From the NCBI GenBank assembly GCA_900088475.1, contig FLMG01002282.1, positions 1 through 39,095 of the forward strand: a stretch of 39,095 nt of DNA. Reading direction: 5' to 3'. The first letter of the stretch is position 1. The number at the start of each line of letters is the position of its first letter. The notes beneath the pieces are model-generated. The model saw only the letters and a list, made by a program, of their open reading frames with translations, was not told where the DNA came from and did no database searches. The DNA comes from Hyphochytrium catenoides (Eukaryota > Protista > Hyphochytriomycota). The position numbers were made by a program, and so were the translations under genes. Shown one piece after another: positions 32,201-39,095 of this stretch.

Positions 32201-35200
32201 TGAGTAGAAGCAAAAGGAAGTAGGAAGAAGTAACAAGCAGGTAGTGGGAAATAGTCAGGACTTAGCTCTATCTTTGTAACGCTGAAGACGCTACTTCCTG
32301 CTAGAAGACCACCCCTCTGCTTGGCTCATCAGAGTGTAATGATCCTGCGGTGAGCTATGTTGAAGGATGTCCCTGAGTCATGCCCGTTTTGTATCCCATA
32401 CCCCTGCAAGTCAGGTCTGTTTTTCTGTCAACTAGTCAGTGGAGGAGACCGGAATGCCGGAGAATTTATAAGGAGCACACACATGACAGTAAACTAGAAA
32501 AAGAGGGTGATAGCAGATAGTTGCCCGCAGCAAGAGAAGGACTGCTAAGGCATTTGTCCACTTCTCACAACCAGCAAAGCGAAAGGGGATGATGGTGGGA
32601 ACGAAAGCGAACAAGGCCAAGATGACAAACAGAGGGTTTTCGAGACCATGGCAGAGAAGCAATAAACATAATACATAGATCAAGAAGGTCACTTTACTGC
32701 AACTCGTGATGGGGCTGCCCAGGCTGGCACACACAGGTTTGGTGACTGAGAGCTTTTTGGGCTACCTGCAAGAACCACCAGAAGATTGTGTCTCTGAAAG
32801 AGAGGAGATGATTGTGAATATTTGGCATAGAACGAGGGTGTGCTTTTGGAAGACTGAAAGAGACGGCAAGACAACATAAGAGAGCAATGAATAGAGAGGA
32901 GAGACAAGGAGACAATAAAGAGAGCGAGAGCCATCCTGATAGAATTGATCCCAATCCTTAATGAAGACAAACAAGCTGCTCCTCGCGTGATGATGGCGTT
33001 CGACGCGTTGAACATCTGTCAACGTTCATCAACTTCTAACCAGGGTCCATCCGCCGATGAATGAAAAGTGCTAAGGTAACAAAATACATCAGACTTCATC
33101 GTCCACAGACTGTAGGGTTACCGTCTCAGTGCGGTAGAGCGCACAGAATGACAGCTCCATTCCGCTCCTCCCTGAACGGGAAAGAGAGTGGCGTCTGTGT
33201 GAAAGAAGACTGTAGGGACAAAGAGGCAACCGCCAATACGCCGTGATTAACGGACAGTAGAACCAACGGAAACAGGAGGTATCCTGCACACCAATGCACA
33301 GAGTATTGATCGAGTCCGACGAGAAACGAGCGCATCATCAGGTTAAAACTGAAAACGAAGAATGTGAAGTTACTCCCCTGTTTATCCGCTTTAGGGCCCA
33401 CCATCAGTCCACAACCTTAACAACTGTCAATATTTGAGCTGAATAGAGCAGCCGTCCGGTAGTAGTGACGTTTATCCCGGCGTCGCGCACTCTCCGCTCC
33501 CTCTCCCTACAGACGAGCCACGGATCAGCCTGATTCCTTGATGATGGGGGGCAGCAATACTACTTGAGAGCGTTCTTCTTGGTTAAGCCCTGCCTACAAT
33601 GTAACAGTAGATGATTCCAGCTTCGACCTTCTTTGTAGGGAAAGGCCGCGCCGTCGTGCCTCAAGACAACAACGGGATATAAAGTAATGGGGCAGGCGGC
33701 TGACCAGCAATCGGAGATCTCAGAGGCTGATGGCTCCCCCCACCAAAAATGCTGGCAGCATGAAAGGAGGAGGAAGCTGTGATGATTCTGCAATTGCTGA
33801 GTGTTGCCCTCTGCATGTCTGCAAAGGGGAGCGGTAACGGTTGACTCCCTCCCGGGGAGTCGTCGTGGTGGGGTCGTACCTGGTGTGCTCAGCCTTTTGT
33901 TCTTAGGTACAGGTGAGGGAGCTGCTCAGGAGGAGAAGATATCACAGGGACTTTCCGAGGCGGTAGCGGCAGCGATATAGGTCCTGCGCCCCAACAACAG
34001 TTGCCGGCACTCTCAAGAGGAAAGGTGCAGTCAGACGAGACTGTACGAGCAGGGATGATGGGGTGGTGGAGGCATATATGGGGGGTTAGCTGTAGAAGCT
34101 GCTGTCCTGTATGATGGGTCAGAGTCAGAGCTGCCCGATGGCTCGTATACTCAATCATCTGCTGAGTTAGTTCTCCACCTCGGACACAGTGGCCAGATGT
34201 CATATTGCTGTCGGAGGGGCAAGTCTTTATGTATCAGCGACACGATGAACACTCGCTTGCTGTTGATCTACTATACGTCATTTGCTTTTGTCTCTCTCTC
34301 TTTTATCTCGCTGTGGCCCTTCTGCTGCTCTTCTTGACTTTCTTCTCTATTTCATTCGTGCTCATTCTTCTGCAGTCTTTAATATTCTCGGTTGTCTAGT
34401 CTGTTTGTGTAGGTGTCCCTGTTCTTTTTTTGATTTTCTCCACGCTCGTAAGCTGCTACTCTCCTTTTCTTCTCTATCTTGCGCTTCTTGTACACCTCTC
34501 TCTCTCTCTAAAGCTTTCCTCCTCTCACTCTTTCCCTCTTTCCGCTCCTTTTTACGGCTTTTGTCCTGGTCTCCCTTGCTTTACCGCTTTTTTCCAATCT
34601 CCCCTCAACAAAGTTCTATGATTGTACACACTGTGGTATCGCATCATCGCTTTAGCAGCTGTTTTTCTACGTTGCCGAGGTGCTGAGGACAAAGCTGAGT
34701 AAGCCTTTTGCTGTACATATTCAGGCCAAGACTACTAGGGCGGGGAAACAGAAGAGATCACGTCAGAACCTCGGATAGTGTTTGAGAGCCAAAGAAAGCG
34801 AGAGGATGAAACGTATGGCCTATTAGGGAGCACTCCGTGCCTTTCCCCACGATGCAATTTCGCTACCATTCCCCCGCGCTTTTTCTCACGTGCATCACAG
34901 ACTGCTGCAAAGTTGAGTGCCTCCCATTTTCAACTTTCATCATCTTAGGTAGCCATAGGTTTCAGGCGGCAGGCTAGGCTTGAGTCACCGCCAAGTTTGC
35001 TTTTTTCATTAGCAGCGGAGGTGGAGGGGCCGCATCAAAGAAGGAATTTAATAAAAAGTCTGAAATAACTTCTCAAGACGAAGCGTCTCCATACCAATCA
35101 TTTATTCTGGTTTCTCCAGATGTGCCTCCTCTCTGTTTCTGTTCCGTCTTGCTTTCTTACTTTGACTCTCCTTCTCTTCTCCTTCCTATGTTCCTCTATA

Positions 35201-36399
35201 TCTTTCTTTCCTCTTCAGATTTGCCCTCTGCCTTCCCTTTTTTGGGTCTTACTTGGCCTTCTTCGCTATCTACTGCTGGGCCTTTTCGTCTTACTCTCTT
35301 CTTATATCTCTCTCACATGACTGCCTTTCTTCTTACTCTTCCTCCTAGAGCAGGCCTTCTTTTTGCTTCTCTTTCCCTCTCTCCCTAATTGTTTTCTCTG
35401 TCAGTCGCTGTTGCAGATTGATCGGCAGAGCACCAAGAGAGACACAGTCATTCAGCCAATTGACACATAATCATCATCAAGTCTCTTTTGTTATATGTTG
35501 ATCTAGACAGAGCTTCAGACATCAACGACATCTACCTCTGGTAAAAGTCATCATGCTTCTCTCCACTCTCTGCTCTCCCGTGCGTCTGTCTCTCTTCCTG
35601 CTCTTCTGATCTCTCTCTCTCTGGGCAGTGACAATCCCCTTACTTTCTTTTCTTCCTCGATTTCTCGCTGTACTTTGCACGCCCTCTCCTGTCCTCGTTC
35701 AATCTCTCCAACCCTTTTGGTCCTCAGGCATAAACCGTCATCTATCCTCTTCCTCTCGGGCGTGCTACTCTCCCAACCGCTTTCAAAATACCATCGCCTA
35801 TGATTCCTAACCCAGCTCTGTCTCTTTCTATGGTAGATTGACATAGAGCCAAGCACGAGAAAATATGTCGGACTCTGGTTGCGCACCCTGGGAACTTTGA
35901 TCAGGTAGAGTGACGATGTAGTAGAGAAGGAGAACAAAGATTTCTATCCTCAGGTTGACGACTCCCCTTCCATCGCCTTCACCATGACCCTTTCTCTCGT
36001 TGTGTCTTTGTCTGTCTTACTCTCTTTCTCGCTCTTTCCTTTCTCCTTTCCTTGTCTCCCAATTCTTTCTTCGGTCTTCCGTCTTCTTTTCCTCACTGCT
36101 GCCTCCTTTCGCTTTCTACCTTCCTTAAATTTGTCCACCTCTACCCTGTAATGAGAGCCTGTAATATGAAACCATCGCTTTCCACCTCACCAGCTCTCAC
36201 CAGGCGCCTCTCTTGCTTAAGATGCCCCTTTCTCTACCTTGCTTGATAAGCACCATAGTCGTCCACCTCAATTACTTCCTTTACTCAAGACTATCTCTCT
36301 AACGGAGAGACTGTGGCGGAAAACTGGAGCTTTCTCTTCTTCGTCTCCGCTTCAGCAGTCACTATTTGAGCGCAGAAAGGAAAACGAGAGATCGGGGAC

Positions 36400-36421
36400 G
36401 AGAGAGAGAGAGAGAGAGAGA
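36400..36421 (+). repeat. (GA)11 microsatellite
   Basis: Directly visible. Confidence 0.9.
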
Positions 36422-37129
36422 CGCATAAAGAGAAACAACAGTAGATAGACAAATGAGAACAGGACTCAGTGAAGTAGATAGAGGAGCTTGGACAATGAAA
36501 GAGAGAGACTGTAATAATTAGAATCTGTTGCGGATCTCGAGAGAGTAAGAGAGAAGGTGCTCTGTCTGTAACCTTGGCTGGCCAGGCCGCAGTTCAGACA
36601 AGCATGACGCAGAGGAAGACTTCGCGGGAGCACACGCAAGTAGCAAAGGGTCTTCTACTTCAGAAAGAAGTTTATTAACTGGCATATAGAGGGTAAGAGG
36701 GAGTCTCCCTTGCGAGAGAGTCAGTCTACTTGAGAATGCAAAGATAAAAGAGTAACATGCAAGAGAAGTAGTGTCAACAGGCTATTCTAATAACATGCAA
36801 AGAGAAAGAGAGAAGAAAGGGAAAATGCAGAGAGCATCCTTCGTCAGAGCCATTCGTTGCTGACTCTAGTCGGGACTACCCGTCCTGAGAGTACTCTCAA
36901 AGAGAAGAGGTCACAACCCATACACCGGTCGATCCATGTCCAGTGCGCAATCAAGTGGTTAGCAGCCGTCAGAGGAGATATACATGTAACAGAGACACAG
37001 AGAGAGGAGGAGAAAGGGCTTATCGGTGGAGAAGAAGACCTTGAATCCTTCGGCACCGAGTAAGCAGAAAAGACACTAAGGAGAGAGAGTATGTCAATTG
37101 GCAGAGAGAGTCCGATGGAGCGGAGTCTT

Positions 37130-37520
37130 CTCTGTACAATCAAGGGAGCAGGCGAGCAATCTGCTCCTGACAGCGGACTTATACGACGACATCGTTTTTG
37201 AAAGTTGCCTCATGGAATAACAAGAGCTTTTGCCTGGACCAGACCCAGCAGCGACGGCCATTGCTATGGTTGCCGCGGATCTTCGGCTGACTTCGGATTT
37301 CGTACATGCAGCCTCAGAATGGCTTACTCTCATCAGGGTAAATATCGGGACTAGTTTTGGTATGCTATCGGGACTAGCTTTGGTATGCAGCGCTCCAGAT
37401 GCCGGGACAGGGACTCGGGATGAGGTCACCGAGGTTAAGAAGGCCGTTGAGTACTTTTGCCGAACGTCTGAAGACATCATCGCAAAGACCTTTTATCTAC
37501 GCACTCAGCTCCTTTCCCCT
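37130..37520 (+). pseudogene. Possible decayed coding fragment or orphan exon
   Basis: About 130 codons with one TAA: ...NLLLTADLYDDIVFESCLME*QELLPGPDPAATAIAMVAADLRLTSDFVHAASEWLTLIRV...EVTEVKKAVEYFCRTSEDIIAKTFYL. Contains the 23-bp duplication. No family recognised. Confidence 0.3.
37343..37388 (+). repeat. 23-bp tandem duplication (tatcgggactag[t/c]tttggtatgc x2)
   Basis: Directly visible; one T/C mismatch. Confidence 0.92.
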
Positions 37521-37754
37521 TCTTCCTCTCCTTCAGAGAGAGAGACGAGGAGGGAGATCTGGATGCTCAGCTTGCAATACCGAGATGGAGAATGAGCCAG
37601 CACACAGTCAGATCAGGCAGACGATCGAGCTCAGTCACACGCTAAAGCAGCAGGATATAGAGTTTCCCAAGCGCAGAATGTAGAGAGAGAGAGAGAGAAA
37701 TGGATGGCGAAGATTGTTGAATCAGGAGGAACTTAGTAAGCCTCTGAAGGTAGA

Positions 37755-38220
37755 CTTTTTTCTCGGTCCCTCTCTCTCTCGCTCTGACACTCTCTCTCTT
37801 CCATTCTTTCTTTTTGTCACTGTCTCTCTCTCTCTCCCTCCACCTTTACCTCTCTCTCTTTTCTGTTTCCTCTCTTCTTCCCCTAGACACTTTCCCTTAT
37901 TGTTTTCTCTCTCTCCTTCGGAATCCTTGCAACGTCCCTTTTTCCCTCTGTCTTCTTCCTCTCGCCTAAAAGCCCTAACTTGTATTCCCTTCCTGCCTAT
38001 CCCTATACCCGATCCCTCTTCCTCTCTTGCTCTCCTCTCTTTGCTCTCTCTTCTCCTTCTTCCTCCCTGCTTCTTCTCCTCCCCCCTCTCACGTCCTTCT
38101 TCCTTCTCTCCCTCTCTTTCTCTCACTCTCTCCTATCAGTCCTCTCGTTCCTCTTGTTCTTTCTCTCGTCGTCTTCTTTCCCGCTCTACCCTCATCGCTT
38201 TTCCCGTTTCTTTGTATCTG
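37755..38220 (+). repeat. Long polypyrimidine (CT-rich) low-complexity tract
   Basis: Almost entirely C/T over about 450 nt. Similar tracts lie near 9330-9830, 13560-14060, 31360-31920, 35120-35400 and 38490-38660. Confidence 0.85.
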
Positions 38221-39095
38221 TAGCTGAACCCTTCTTTCCTCGAACATTTAGAAGACAGACCACGGCAGACCATGAGAAGGGCGCGAGAGGATTGCAAAAA
38301 GCATTAAAAATGCACCAAAAGCGTAGAAGACTCTCGCGTTCGAAAGAGGACAGAGGTGAGAGAAGAAGATAGGCTTACCAGTAGAAGAAGAGCCAGCTCT
38401 AATTTTCGCTGTACAATTCTATGGACGCAGACGGGAAAGTGAGGTTGCCATCTCTTGGAAGCCCGACCAAGATAGTTGCCGGTGAGTTCTCTCTCTCTCT
38501 CTCCTCTTCATCTCTCTGCAACTTTCTCTCTAACTTTTGTCGACCTCCCTTCCCCCCCTGACATCTCCTTCCTCTCCTCCCCTCGGAGTGAAGTCTCTCT
38601 CCAACTTTCTCTCTTTCCCTTTCTGTCCTTCGCTCTGTCTCTGTCTCTCTGCTTCTCTTCGTCCCTTTCAACAGATGAAGCTGCTTGCCACTTGTGACGC
38701 TGTTGTCTTTTCTATTTCTTCTGTGGCCCCTTCCCCTTCGTTCCCATATGATTGCTCTTCTTTATCCGGACTCAGTGATTCCTTCTTCGTTCTCCTCGCC
38801 AACCTGCGTTGCTCTTCACTGCTGGTTTCCGGGTCTCTCCCCCACGTTCCACTGGCCAGCTTAGAGCCTGTTCCCCAACTAAGATGCATTGCAGAGTGAA
38901 GGAGATGTGCGCGCAGCTCAGCAGCTCAGCAGCAACAGGCGAAGTGAGATATGTGCGAGAGAGGGAAAAGAGGGTGAAGAGAACATGAAACCAAGAAGGA
39001 AAAATTAGCTCATCAATATGAATCTCTTTTAAGTCTTCTCTCCTCTCTCCTCTCTCTTCTGCTCTCTCCTCCGTCGCTCTTTCCACCTCTCATTT

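Noticed and set aside
36925-36965. IHVQCAIKWL resembling the RING-variant HxxCxxxW motif
   Set aside because: The remaining Cys ligands are absent.

Overview
Gene-sparse eukaryotic (protist-like) genomic window with GT-AG introns, AATAAA-type 3' signals, many CT/GA and GAA low-complexity tracts and one 82-nt assembly gap. The host lineage cannot be fixed from the sequence; the BT1 transporter looks stramenopile/oomycete-like, which is only an impression. Five convincing genes, all on the minus strand: an intronless BT1-family folate/biopterin-type MFS transporter (1003-2859), two paralogous intronless secreted class-3 lipases with an unusual GHSRG nucleophile motif (10307-11215, 16449-17402), an intronless 354-aa secreted protein of unknown family (22128-23192), and a spliced sialate O-acetylesterase-like SGNH esterase (26043-~28529) whose 5' end is unresolved. 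The long spacers appear to hold decayed coding fragments, several interrupted only by in-frame TAG, and some local repeats differ by CpG/CAG-type transitions. This suggests a methylation-driven or RIP-like C-to-T mutational process that spares the intact genes; it is an inference needing computation. No rRNA, tRNA, CRISPR or recognisable transposase was found.
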